A DNA stretch of 48,882 nucleotides from Dimargaris cristalligena (Eukaryota): assembly GCA_003614675.1 (NCBI GenBank), contig ML002278.1, positions 1 to 48,882 of the forward strand, written 5' to 3'. Shown here piece after piece: positions 25,700-38,315 of this stretch. A program made the position numbers and the translations under genes. Position 1 is the stretch's first letter, and every line of letters starts with the position of its first letter. Below the pieces are notes generated by a model that searched no databases, was not told where the DNA came from, and was given only the letters and a program-made list of their open reading frames with translations.

Positions 25700-26250
25700 G
25701 GGAACTAGAAAGGGTTTTTGCTAGGGCTAGGAAACACCCGGTATTCATTACACCCAGTGCAACTCCAAGTGGCTGTATCACTCGGGCCGCATCAGCTAGA
25801 GTTCGTATTCGGGCCCATACGGGCTCTGCAATGCGTCCTGCTGGAAAGACGCCACGTTTATTCACACCGGGGGCTCGCTACTGACTATCTTGGTCCGGAC
25901 GTCCTGTACCTCCGACATGGCTCTGTATATTTGTTTAGGGGTAGCTTCTGATAAGAGCAGCCGGTCCCCACCGCGCACCCACGCAGTAAGGATAGGTGAT
26001 TATCGAGGCGTCTGGGTGTGGAACCGACAGGGCAGGGCAGAGTCGAGGGGGTGTGAAAGGAAGGGAGGGGAATGCAATTGCGAATGAGGAGGAGTAAATG
26101 GTGGCAGCCAGTGTGCCGGGGTCCCACCATCGGTTATAAGACGCGTTGAAGTCCGATGGCCGCCCGGTTGGGCTGCACGGCTGCTTGGACAGGAGTAGAA
26201 CCAATGTGGTGGATGTCAGCCAATGGCTCCGAATGTTGGCGCACAATTAG
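25700..26250 (-). mobile_element. Possible decayed L1/Tx1-like non-LTR retrotransposon C-terminal fragment
   Basis: Broken minus frames read WVRGGDRLLLSEATPKQIYRAM and EPVWARIRTLADAARV...VALGVMNTG. These resemble the K.IY..L and W..IW....PKV..F.WR..HG.LPTG pattern preceding the zf-RVT domain. Multiple stops and frameshifts. Confidence 0.3.
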
Positions 26251-29200
26251 TATAGAAATGCCAACTATGCAGTACTTGCTCGGCTCAACCGGAATGGTCG
26301 AATGGATGGAGCTTTCTAGTCAGCAACTGGAGTTTAGAATATAATACAGACTCGGTACAATTGCACCCGGCGGCCCTCACATTTTGGCCAGCAACGCCCA
26401 CTATGGTCAAATAAAAAAACCCATACATTCGTTATGTTTGGCAGCTGGTTACCAGTTTGATGGGACCCAAATAGATATGGAGGCATTTTTCAATCGAAAC
26501 AATAGGTGGCTGTATCCGTAGGATTTATTGTTTTATAAAAAAAATCCCAAAAATGAGGGGAACAGATCGGCAATTTTAGTTTTCTGGTTCCCAATTTGTC
26601 TACATTGGCTAGATTCTCCTGAGAAATAGATCGATAGGTACTTGCAAATGTACAGGGGATGGGGGGAAATTGATGTTAGGGCTTGGCAATGTTGGTAAAC
26701 AAAGCCGATTGATGGCGGTCGGTCTGATTAGAATCACGAGAACCATACTAACCAAAGATCCTCTCATTATTCCATCTACCCTATATTATTCACCTTAACG
26801 TTTAATCTGAAGAACGGGTTTACTAGTACTGATTTAAAGAGAGGGGGTTTGTCCCGGTCATTATACATTCTAAACGACCAGTGTCAGCAATAGTGATGGA
26901 GTGCTTGGGGGAGGCACTCGGAAATCCAAAGATGGGTATATTGCTATAACAATTGCCGCTGATTAATACTATAATAATACCGAGAACTTATTTCCCTCGT
27001 AAAACCAGACTTCGAGTCAAAAGTAAGCACATGCGGAGAACTATTAGGGCTTGCGCCATAATTTTTGCCAGGAGAGAATAGACCCCAATGGTCAATGATT
27101 CTCCAACGAGGCTTTACTTCGCCCGCTTAACCTTAACCATTGCCATTGGTGAGGCCGTATTGAGATGATCACTAGATTTCAGCCATAAAAAAACGAAGCA
27201 TAAAGAACAGTGGTAATAGTAGGCTGACTGGATGGCAATCAGTTGGATTTGTGCGGCGCAGGATCGTCCATGAGAGAGTTACTGTGGACCGAACCAGTGG
27301 GTAGCCAACCAGACTCTTACTTAACCCTTGCAAAAGCGTGTCCTGATTTAGATTGTCTTTCATGGGGGGGGGGTAATGATGGAGGGAGGGGTGGAGTGGA
27401 GCAAAAGGGAGATGTGTGGGGTTTGGGATGAGCCAGCGGTAGCTAAAAATGATTAATCAACACCAGACGTGGTTATCCGAAGGTCATCAATTTCAAGTAT
27501 AGATTGACCAGTTACAAAGGCATTCAAATGTTCCAAGTATGGAAGAAAGTGCCGACCAACCCCTAAGCAGGATGTCCGACGTGTTTCTTCAGTCTGCTGT
27601 AAAGTTAATTACCAAATCTGATTCTATGGGAATTTATAGACGCAAAGCCCACCAACCCCAGCGGTGGGTGCATTATTGGACTATATTCGCCAACAAAATC
27701 AGGAGTGTTCTCCGCTAGTGCACCTCACCAACTTAGTCTAAACTAGTTTAGTTACCGCTTTAAAGAATACAGCTTCATTGACCCAATGTCCATTTATATT
27801 ATCTGGGGAGACTAGGAGAAGGAACGCGGCGGCAAACAGACTTGTCAGTCGCGAGTGTTTGTTGCCCACATCAAATCGGCTAGCTACTTGATAGGTGACT
27901 AGGGGAAAATGGCAGCCGATCCGGCCAATTATTGCAACACTTAGGCGTTGGGATTGGCCCGGTAAGTGAGAAAGAATGGAAATCAAGGATAGCAAAGGCT
28001 GTTGGACATGGGAAATTTACAAGTGACATTAGTATGTAACCCTGCCCATACATTCTGGTTTGAAACAAACGTCCAATACAAATGTCACTATGCCAGCTAC
28101 TGGGCCTCCTAGACTGTGCATTGAACTATGCAATCGAAACTTTATAACATTGGGGCAATGTCTAAATCCGCCTCTACCTGGGAGGCATGGGGCGGTGCCT
28201 GAGGTTCACTTTAGCGCGGGGGGATCCCGACAAGGCGGGAGTACATGCTACTAAATGGGATTCGTATTCCTCATCGAAACTGGATGGTCTCCCAGTGCAC
28301 CATTATGAAGTGTAGTGTGTCGGTATGCCTTGTGTACCTCCTTGTTGCCAAAGACGTGTTATTGGACCACCGCAGTACAGAAGGGGGTGAAGCTCCGAAG
28401 CCCTCCCTGCACTACTTCGCAGTAATAAGTGGTCCGAGTGGCCCTCACTAAACTAGGTTCGAATGCATCTTAGAAACCTATCATGCTTGCCCAGACGCCT
28501 CCACCCCAGTTTAGCTCTCTATAAGCACAATGTAATGCTACCGTTGCAAATGCACTCGCCCCCAAACGTCGAAGCCGGTCTGCTTCCAACTGAGCGGGCT
28601 GTATAGGTAGCTTAATGAGGCGTCGTTTCTAATAGCCCAAAGATGATTTACCCTGTTCGCCGGTGTATTCCACATGCCCTTATCGGTCACCGGCCGAGGT
28701 TATCCAGTAGGGGTGGTGTGATTCAGGGGCGGTTAGCAAGTGTAGGACAGGTAATGGAAGGCCCGACCAAGATCGCAGTGCCACACAACCCCCAAAGTGG
28801 GCACTCTCCATAACTTCGGCTAAACCACGGTCCTTAAGAAGCGAGAAACCAGGAGTGGTCAATGAATGTTTATGGATATTGTTCATCCCGTAAGATGCTC
28901 GGCAGAGAGGGTGTATAGGGAAATCACAGGAACCCCGCTGGGCCAGAGTTGCAAGTGGGAATGTTTATTCGGGCAGTGCTACGCAGTGCATTATGGGCTG
29001 CGAATTTGCAGCTCGCGGCGATGAGGTGCGGCGGGACCTTTCACGCAGTATCCACTATCCCTGTGCAGCCGTGCCGACCAGGGTGTCCCAAGCTGCGAAA
29101 AGGTCCTTGGTCCGTGGGCACAAGTGAAGGTCATAATAACCTACACCGGCGAACCACGCTATGCTTCTGCATCGGTGTGTAAGAGGGCGTAGAAGTGAAA

Positions 29201-30279
29201 CTATGCGTGCGTGCGTGGATGTATATGTGTAGGACGAGAGTGTTCGGAGGAGTTGGGAGAAGAGGAGGGGGTAAGGGGGTGGGTGCTCGAATTATGATAA
29301 TGAATGTGCAGTTGTGTGTGTGTGTAGGTGTGGGTGGGTGTGTGCTAACGGAACGGGTTGGGCTAAACCCAAACTAAAGAAATGTCCAAATGGAGAATGG
29401 GGGCGATGACAGGTGGTAGAGGGAATTCCCGTTTACGATTCCATCCCGCCTTCAGTATCACTACTATGTTTGGCCCACTCTCTGCACTCGCCCTCATTGC
29501 TAGGTGATTTGAATGTGGGTGTGGGTAAAGCAATGGGCGATGCTGAAATCCGGCGATTATGGCGCTTCCTGTACGGATTGGCAACCTTGGGAACTTATTC
29601 AGCGATCTGTATGACTCTTCCCATTTCAGGCCCAGCCGTCCAAGGCTTAGTGGCACTTTTATCCCCCGGCCAGGCGGTGGTGGCCCCTGTCCGATCTGGA
29701 CTTTACGGTTCAAGCCCCCCAAGGTGCAGTAGGCCCATAGTGGCGGCCCTTCCAAAAATAAGTACGTGCGTGTGCGTCTGTGTGTACTGCTGAACAAGCC
29801 CCTCGGGGTTCCCCAAGAAAGCGAACATAGGTGGGGGAGAAAGTGACCGAGGGAAGAAAAAGGGCGGCTGCAGCTTGAACGATCAGGCCCCGTGATCAGA
29901 GCTATCTAAGTAGACCTTCCCCGTTCCCACCGTCAATCGGCCAGGCTGCTGACTGGACAAATCGTTCAGAACCTTACTGCCCCGGGTGCTGAACTAAAGG
30001 GCCCCACCGAAACTGTGCTTATTTGTCAGAGCCAGAGAGCCTCTCCCGCCCTTTCAGTAGTTCCGTGGCCAACATGTGCACCTATAAACATTGAGCTGGC
30101 GCGGAGCCAAGTCGCTCCAATCGCTGTTGAAGCGTCGGGGATGGCATTGGGTGGTTTGCCCCATTATCTTTATTTTCTCGTCACACTCTGACCATCTTTC
30201 TCACCACTTCAGTAGCCTAGGATAACCTCCCCCAGTCTGGAGTAACGCGACTAGTTATATAAACCTGAAAGAATGTAAG

Positions 30280-30298
30280 TATATATATATATATATAT
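30280..30298. repeat. (TA)9 microsatellite upstream of the GATA gene
   Basis: Read directly from the sequence. Confidence 0.9.
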
Positions 30299-31623
30299 TT
30301 ATCTCGGTCGCCCTTCGGACCGTATCCTATTTAAGCTTTTTTTCCACTCTTGCGCACGCCCTTAATCATTACGGCTGTGCTACAGGTGGCTTTTGGTTCG
30401 GCATTTAGTCGCCCTGAGCTGCAATCGCCCCTTTGGGCTGTATGCGCATAGACTCTTCCCGGCAATCCAACTGCCCTCTTGTATGTGATATATAAGGCGG
30501 ACGTCCCTCACCCAACCTTCGTCAGCTTAGCCCAAATTGGTTGTCGTGCTATTTTTCCTCAATCTTCTGTTCTACTGCATTATCTTCTCCTAGTCCTTCA
30601 TCACCCACCTAATATTTATTCGCAGTTACACTTATCCTTGTTCCCTTCCTTTTCTCCGCCTTGTTTCCCTTGCACTCTCGTCTGCGACGACTCCTCCCCC
30701 CTTACTTCACCAACAGGTACAACCCACGGCGTGCCCAGCGTTTAGTTATCACCGCCATCATCAGTCGGCCCTTCAGTGTGAATCCAACCTATCCCCGCTT
30801 CCCCGATACCCTCGCCGCTCTCCCCTACAGTTGTCTCTGTGGCCAACCCTTCCCCCTGGTTTCCCCGCTATTCTCTTCCCCTGTGTGTGGTTGGACTTGT
30901 CTGCCTTTTTGCTGCCTACTAATCGCTGTGTTGTGCCTCGCCTTTCCCACTCGGGTCCCCCCTTGTGCTTTGGGAACTGGTGGCCATATAATAATAACCT
31001 GGCTGCATACTATACCATAACCCAGTCTTGTCTTCTTTCCGTCCCGTTCCCTTATTTTACCTCTCTCTCTCTCTTCTCTTGGGAGTCTCCGTTCTAGCTA
31101 TAACAACTTTCCCAACTTTAGTCTCTCGCTTGGCCTCTTTCGTGCTATTCCTAGGACTCCGTTTATTACTATTAACCCTAGTCACCAACCACGTTCACAG
31201 GGCTTTTTCTCCTATAAAGTGACTGAGTTTCCGCCCTCCTGTCCGACCTCAACGTCGCAGCAGTGGCCAACGACTGGTGACCACTATCCAGTCATTCAGT
31301 AGCGGTTCCATAAACCGTCAGGATCCCGCCCCGCTTCCTTTGTACAACCATATGTTGGTAGCATATACCGATACCGTAATACACCTTAGTTGGCTACCCT
31401 GTGGGTGTGGCAATCTCTAATCCACAGTTTCGTGTGCTTCTCCCTTCCCTCCCTTCTTTCCTTTCCCGGCCCAACGGTGTGCAGAAAAGGCCTCTTGCCT
31501 GAACTCGGCCCGCCGAATTGCTACCAGCCTGTTGACCCCAGTTTTTTTTTTATTTATCACAGCGTTCGTTAATTATTGGTATTTTTTTATATACTTTGCC
31601 GCCAAGCCTGGCACCCCTCGAAC

Positions 31624-34600
31624 ATGACCCAACCCGTGTCCCAGTCCAGTAGGACTCGTATCGCATACACCTTGGCAACCACAACGCCCCCCATGGACCG
31701 GATAGTCTCCCGGGTCGATTCCCCCCGAGAGCTATCTTCACAACAGCTCGCCTCGTCCCATTCTCCCCAGCGGACTACTTCTCTAGACCAAGTCGAGGCC
31801 CCGAACTCGTCAAGCCGTTCCGGCTCTTTATCGGGTCGACCGACTGCCCCCACTTTAGCTTTACCTTCTGTTTCTACCCTAGGTCTTTCAACGACAACTT
31901 CCAACATATCCTACCCAAACCCATTATCCTCGCCTGGCTTACATCTAAGCTCTTTATCCGAAATCACCAGCCCATTTCTATCCGAACCACCTTTACTCCC
32001 GTGCTTCTGGGCACTATTATCATCTGAGAACCTCGATATTGTTTACGTTTCCCCCAATCTTAACCGCAGTTTCCCCATTGATTGCTTCCAGCCTTTCTCG
32101 GTTGGCAGCTCCCTATTCCACTGGATTCACCCCGACGAAGAGCCCCTCGCCCGGGCAGATGTAACCCAATTGTTGACCGACAGTAGTTTCTACGGAACTG
32201 AGATAACGTAAGTCCCCCCGCCTTTATATTATCCAATTACGGCCTGGGCACTCAGGTACGCCTATTTCCCTGCTCCCCGCATTCAAAATGCACCACATTT
32301 TCAAAGAAGAATGGGGTAATCCAGCTCTGGGCTTGATTGCTCGCACCCTTATTTCGCGCCAAAACCCAACCTTGTGCGGGATTCCCCTCGGCTTGTTAGT
32401 TAAATCTGACATTGTTTGTAATTCAGTATAGGTGAAAATATGAGCGACAGGATTCACTTATTGTGGGCTAGGTGCCGATTATCCACTACCATAAAGTAGA
32501 ACGTACCCCTCCTTCCAATTTAGGTGACAGTGGCACATCGATCACCCTTCGTCTATATACCCTGTTGATTGGGGCAATGTGTAATTATATTGCTAACCAG
32601 GCTACGGGGATTTGGACTGGGGGGGGGGGAGGTGCGGTGCTTCCGTCGAGACACTCAGCAACTTTTCCGGGGTGAATAGATCAAACAGGTGGATGCACGC
32701 CACCGGTTCCATAATGGGATCAATTCTTGGCTGCGTCTTAATAGTCAAAGTGTTTGCATTGTTGTCCGCGATCACAAGAACTAACCGCGATGGTTTGCAT
32801 ATTTATCGATTATTTCTATTCGTCACTCTGATTCCATGCATATTTCACTGCTGCCCAATCCTAATACCGGCCCCGAATTAGATGTCGATTACAATTCCGT
32901 GAACCATGTCTTCTCCCCCCCGCTCCTCAGGCTCCCGGGCTATACCGTCGTTCATCAACTTCGCGGCTTCCCGATCTTCCAACTGGAATCAAGCGGTCGT
33001 GGTCAGGCCACAATACTCCGACTGGCCGACCGGCCCGGGCCAGCTCCGTGGATCTAGATTTGGGCCAGGCCTCCTCCGATAACTATCACATGGTCATGCG
33101 AATGGGGCTGTTCACCTTAAAGGATAATTTGGTGCTGGCCTTTATACATCGCCCTTCCCAAAGCACCATCACTGCAGTGCCTCACCTGCCGGAATCAACT
33201 TGCACATGTCGAGACGAAACCATGTCTGAAGCTGACCTGAACGAAATGTTCAGTACCTTTCTCCGACTGCGCGGTATTGCCCCCCTTTCGCTGACTACTA
33301 AGCGGAAGATGCGGGATTCCCTTCACGATTCAACCGGTCCTAAATCGCCTGTCCGCTTGGTCCAGGTGTACGATCGGCGGGATATGCGGCTACTTCACTG
33401 TCTCCCCCCCCTCCGAATCTGACCGGGTGCGTATTCTAGATCTCTTGGATACTCCTATTTCGCCTCGGTTCGTCCACCAACTGTTTGAGTCCGACTGTGT
33501 TGCCGCTCTCCGGCGTGCAGCTAACGGCAGCCAGATGCCTAATTGGGACCCTCTGGCATCCACATCTCTTTCCGTGCGGGCCCGACGACAGGCCAGCGCA
33601 AGTCCGCCCGTTGTTTGGGATGCTGTGGTAACGGGTTTCGGTAGCCTAGTGTTTTTATGCCTACAATCAAGGCAAGTCTTCCCCACTTTAGCCATACATC
33701 CTGAACTAATCTCATTATCAGCGGTTTCCTCTTTCGAGGTACCCCACTCAGCTGATACTTCACCTCACATCAGCAGCATAGACGCACAACTAGCCCGATT
33801 CTCTAACTTTGGCATATTCTCGGAGTTCCGGCGGCATTCCATCGACGTGTCACCATTAGGGCTGCCACCCCCACTACCTCCACCACGCCGCTTCAGTCTC
33901 AACCCCAACCATCTGGTCACTGGCCCGTCTTGGGATATTCACTCGGGCCGCCGGGGTTCACTGGCGGCGGCTGGGGATAGATTCATGCCTAAGAATAGAA
34001 GGGTAGCCGAAATTACCCTTGAAGCGACCCATGGTGGGTATGTTCGACCACCGCCTTCCAAAGAAGTTGGACCCGATACAGCTTCCTTTCGCTATCCTAG
34101 TAGCGCTGGTGGAAGCGGTGATGCCCCAGATGACTACTCCGGGTCGACCCAATATTCCCCCGCTCACGACGCATCCAAATATCATGTAAATGAGAACTAT
34201 GGCAATGGTCCCCGGCGGGCCTCAGCCGGAGTTCTCCCACCGATTGTTGATTTTCCCAAGATACGCCGGTTTTCATTTCCCCTTCACGCCCGGCCTGAGA
34301 ACTCGACCGCGGCCTATATTGAGCCACCCGCGGAAGCCTTCGCCCAGCCCTCGCTTCCCCCGGGCTTCATCTACCCCCATACTAACCAAATTAGTCAAAT
34401 GAGCTCCTCTTCGATGATATCTGGTGGGGAAAGCGGCAGATCACAGTTGGCAACTATTCCTGAAGGTCCATCTGAGTCGTCTGATATTAAGGACACCGCT
34501 GCCACCGAGAGTCGGGTGCTTTCCGCGTTGACCATGCCTCCTTCCGGATCATCCGCCTCGAGGGTAACCCACTTTGTTGGTTTACCGGTCACCCCGACGT

Positions 34601-35568
34601 ACCCAATGTATAGCACCGGCCTAACGAATTCGGTTGGCCTGTCGTCCTCGTCGACGTATTCCTGTTATGCCATGGCCCCGAAATTATCTGTCTCTGCTCT
34701 CGATCCTCGGAGTCCGCGCAATCTTCATCCTTCCGAGTCGGCCCGCCAGTCGGCTATTTTTGTAAACATGCTGCATCCCCCCAAGCGGGTCTGCCATGAC
34801 TATACGGGAACATCCTCTGGTCTAGGCCAACAGTTGATAGCGACTCCGCCAAAGAAGTGTGAGAGTTGTCAAACTGAAACCAGCCCCGAATGGCGACGGG
34901 GTCCCAGTGGTCACAAGACCCTCTGCAATGCCTGTGGTCTGCGCTACTCGCGTTCCCTGACCAGGGCCTCAAAGTCTCAGAACCGGCGCCTGGCTACGGG
35001 AGATAAAACCACGGCAGTTGCTGCTCGACCCCTTTTGCCCGGCAATGGTCTCCCCACGCCGCCAGCGCTTTCCCCCCACCACCCTCATCCACATTCCCAC
35101 CATCCGTATGGCAGCGGAACTGTATCTCCAATGGGTTCCCGTGCTAATATGTCTAATACCCCCTATATGACTGCATCCAGTCCGACTTCCCCGCATTATT
35201 TTACCAGCCCCGGTCACACCTCTGTATCACCATTATCCCCCATGCATCCAGCCGGCTCTACTTCCACTACACCTATTAATAATCCAGGGATTTCGAGTCG
35301 CCCATCCTCTGAACTGCCCCCGCCGGTGCAGTCCATGTCTAAGCAGGGATCAGCGACTCATACCCATGATCTCTACTCTCTACATCGCCCCCAAGATCAT
35401 ACTTACCATTACTCCCATCCTCAATCGCATCGGCACCCTCGATCATATCAGGGCGATGACTGCCAGGAGTTGATTGCTTATCCGACCCAAACCGGCCGGC
35501 CTCGTTCCCCCCAGCCACCGCATTCCACGCCCTTGACCTCGTCAAACTCTTACCGACCGGTTCCCTGA
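31624..35568 (+). CDS. GATA-type zinc-finger transcription factor with N-terminal PAS-like domain(s); frameshift at the C8 run 33404-33411
   Basis: Exon 1 (31624-32207, GTAAGT donor) encodes PAS-like CFWALLSSENLDIVYVSPNL...GSSLFHWIHPDEEPLARADV. One or more small exons in 32208-32930 are unresolved. An exon from 32931 continues through ORF 33048 and, after a +1 shift, ORF 33427-35568. That ORF contains CESCQTETSPEWRRGPSGHKTLCNACGLRY (C-X2-C-X18-C-X2-C, starting at 34858). Confidence 0.88.
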
Positions 35569-36611
35569 CTGTTATTTGATTCCCACCAGTCTCCGTTTCA
35601 CTGAGCTGGTTCGATCCTCGCTGTACACCCCCCACTACCATCTTAATACCTCTGTTTTCATATCCATTGACCTCGTAATCTTCATTTTACCCTTATAATT
35701 GCCCCAATCATTTTATTCTTCGCATAACTCGGACTCCAATTACATTTCCCTTTTATTTTTTACCTTACCACTACTCTACTCACTCTGATATATTTTATTT
35801 TGCATTTAAACTCTAATAGCTCTCTACTGGATTTGGATTCCATTATATTATCACATTTGATGATTCACGTATTTCCATTATGTACTTGTCAATTGGCTGA
35901 TTTTGATGTTTAAAACCCCGTTTTATTTATTACCGCCACTAATACTTTGTCTTAATAGCGTCTAGCCCTTTCAGTTAACCCGATTTAGCATCAAAATACA
36001 CCGATTATTGCAATCGACATTCCAACTATATAGTGGCGAACTAATATTATCAGGCTATGATTTGGCTAGGGGTTTCTATTGTTAGCACACCCTAGTATGG
36101 GTCGCCAACGCCCCTATTAAACAGGATGAGTACCGAAATAGCACGAAGTAGCGAAACCAATTGGGCCTTTCTTTTTTTCAATATGAAATTAGGTTTATTG
36201 GGCGTGAATATTAGATAAGTAGTGGCGAATGTGCCAAAATAGTATAGAGTAAGGAGCGGAGTGATTACGTTTCAAAAAAAAATCGAAAAAGAAGAGGTGA
36301 ATAACATAGTTCTACAGTTAACCTAAGTCCGGACTCCAGTAATGTATAGATAAAAATATAGGAGGAATAAAATAAAATCTTACAAAGGCGGTGGGCGCGA
36401 ATACGCCGCCAAAGGGCAAATCAGCCGATGGTGCCATGCGTGTAACTAAGAAGACAGCAAACGTAGAATGTATATAGGGAAGCAACAGTCACGTAGGATA
36501 ACAATAGATAGGCCATGTGTACAAGAGCTAACAGCAATATCGCTCAAACAAGTAAGTCGTGATTTCGTGTGGTGGTAAAATAAGGGTGAACGGGCTCATT
36601 AAAGTATGGCG

Positions 36612-38315
36612 TTACAGAGAATTGGAGCGATCCCGGTTGGAGTTATCCGTGAGCGACTGGCGTTCTTCAGCGGAGTTAATTTCATCCACAAACCGGTCCC
36701 ATTCGGCATCTTCCTGGACCTTCTTGACGAATTGCAGACGGAGGCGATCGTCCTTGACCAGCCGAATGAGCTGACCGAAGATACGGATCCGGAAGATTTG
36801 GCCTTCGACGGGGGGCAACAGACGGTCGCGCAGGGTGGTACGCACGAAGATGGAGAAGCACCAGCCGAGAATGGTGATTGCCAAAATCCACCAGAAGTTG
36901 ATGACGTAGACGTTGTAGTCCTTGGTGGAGCGACCCCCGCTGATGAGGTTGTTGAAGATACCCGTGAAGGCTAGACCACCGGCGACACCGGCGATGGACC
37001 AAGCGGTCAGAATAATCCCGTGACAGGCCCCAATGTTCTTGGGGCCGTACATGTCGGTTAAAAAGGCGGGGATAATCCCGAACCCGGCGCCGTAGCAGGA
37101 GGAGATGATCCACATCATGGCAATGAACGCCCCGTACGACCCCTCTTCCAAAATGAGCGTAACGACGCCAATGACAATACACTGGACGGTGAGGGTGAAG
37201 ACGAGACAGGTTTTCCGGCCGACTTTATCGGAGATGATGGAAAAGAGGAGGCGGCCGGCTAAATTGAACCCCCCGTTGGCGGACACAATGGCGGAAGCGG
37301 TGGTGGTGGACTTGCCGAAGATATCAACGATCATGGTGGAGAGGCGGGAAATCACGACCAAACCGAACACCGAGTTACCAACGAAGACCAGGTACAGCAG
37401 TCGGAAATCACGGTCCAGGAGGGATTCGACGAGGGTCATCTTAATGTTGGGTTGCTTGCGGGTCGGGGCGGGCACATAGGCTTCGTCTACTTTCTCGACC
37501 TCTCCGTTTTCCACGTCGACTTCGGTGGTGGATACCCGCTCACGGTAGGCGTCCATGCCGTTGATGGTGTAGTTGGGCGGGGGCACACGGAGCAGCCAAC
37601 CGCAGGGCATCATGATACAGAAATAAATGCAGCCCATGATGATGAACGTCTTGGGCACCCCCAGACTCTTGATGAGCGGCACGGGGATCTGGGCAAACGC
37701 AATGGAACCGGCGCCAAACCCACAGACGGCGAACCCAGCGGCCATACCCCGGTGATCCGGGAACCATTTCTGCAGAGCCGAGACGGGCGAGATGTAACAA
37801 AATCCTAGACCGTAACCGCCGATGATACCGTAACCAATGTACAGGAGCCACATTTGCTTCGTGTGGACCGCTAAGGCTGAGAGTAAATGGCCTATGAAGA
37901 AACAGCACGAACCGATCAAACAACCGAACCGGGGGCCCCGGCGTTCCAAGACGGGTCCCATGGCGGCGGCCGAAAAGCCCAGCAAACCCACGGCAAGATA
38001 AAAGGTGATGGGGGCGTCGTTGGCATTTTCGTTGCCCGAAATGGCCTTGTCAATGGGCTTGTTGTAGATACTCCAGGCGTAGAGGGAACCACAGCAAAAT
38101 TGAATCAGCACAGCCACGGGAAACAAAATCCACCGGTTGAAGGGAATATTACCAATGAGAAAGCGTTCCCGATCAATTTGGGCCTCGGTGCGCTGGTAGG
38201 GTTGGTCACGCCAGTGGTGGTAAAAGGCACGCTTAAAAATGTTGCCCTTCTTGACCCTCGGGTCGGTTGAGGACTGATCCTCGGTGTGATACGCCTCAGC
38301 TTTCGTATCGGCCAT
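36612..38315 (-). CDS. MFS transporter, oxalate:formate antiporter (OFA)-like family, 567 aa, intronless
   Basis: Uninterrupted ORF with about 12 hydrophobic segments. Motifs RWILFPVAVLIQFCCGSLYAWS, GPVLERRGPR (motif A), KWFPDHRGMAAGFAVCGFGAGS, FNLAGRLLFSIISDKVGRK and YGAGFGIIPAFLTDMYGPKNIGACHGIILTAWS are characteristic of OFA/YhjX-type carriers. Confidence 0.95.
   Translation of the reverse strand: MADTKAEAYHTEDQSSTDPRVKKGNIFKRAFYHHWRDQPYQRTEAQIDRERFLIGNIPFNRWILFPVAVLIQFCCGSLYAWSIYNKPIDKAISGNENANDAPITFYLAVGLLGFSAAAMGPVLERRGPRFGCLIGSCCFFIGHLLSALAVHTKQMWLLYIGYGIIGGYGLGFCYISPVSALQKWFPDHRGMAAGFAVCGFGAGSIAFAQIPVPLIKSLGVPKTFIIMGCIYFCIMMPCGWLLRVPPPNYTINGMDAYRERVSTTEVDVENGEVEKVDEAYVPAPTRKQPNIKMTLVESLLDRDFRLLYLVFVGNSVFGLVVISRLSTMIVDIFGKSTTTASAIVSANGGFNLAGRLLFSIISDKVGRKTCLVFTLTVQCIVIGVVTLILEEGSYGAFIAMMWIISSCYGAGFGIIPAFLTDMYGPKNIGACHGIILTAWSIAGVAGGLAFTGIFNNLISGGRSTKDYNVYVINFWWILAITILGWCFSIFVRTTLRDRLLPPVEGQIFRIRIFGQLIRLVKDDRLRLQFVKKVQEDAEWDRFVDEINSAEERQSLTDNSNRDRSNSL

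Noticed and set aside
28430-28464. tRNA-like A-box (TGGTCCGAGTGG) and B-box (GGTTCGAAT)
   Set aside because: Only 14 nt separate the boxes, and no acceptor or anticodon stems can be formed. At most a tRNA/SINE relic or a chance match.
33366-33439. A GT-AG intron that would bypass the C8 frameshift
   Set aside because: The splice does not restore the frame of ORF 33427 and would delete protein-like sequence.
31624-35568. Calling the GATA gene wc-1 or wc-2
   Set aside because: No LOV NCRFLQ motif, so not WC-1. Length and architecture differ from typical WC-2, and orthology cannot be established by eye.
36559-38270. Several 70-166 aa ORFs overlapping the MFS gene on both strands
   Set aside because: Shadow ORFs caused by GC-rich codon bias of the real gene; no recognisable motifs.
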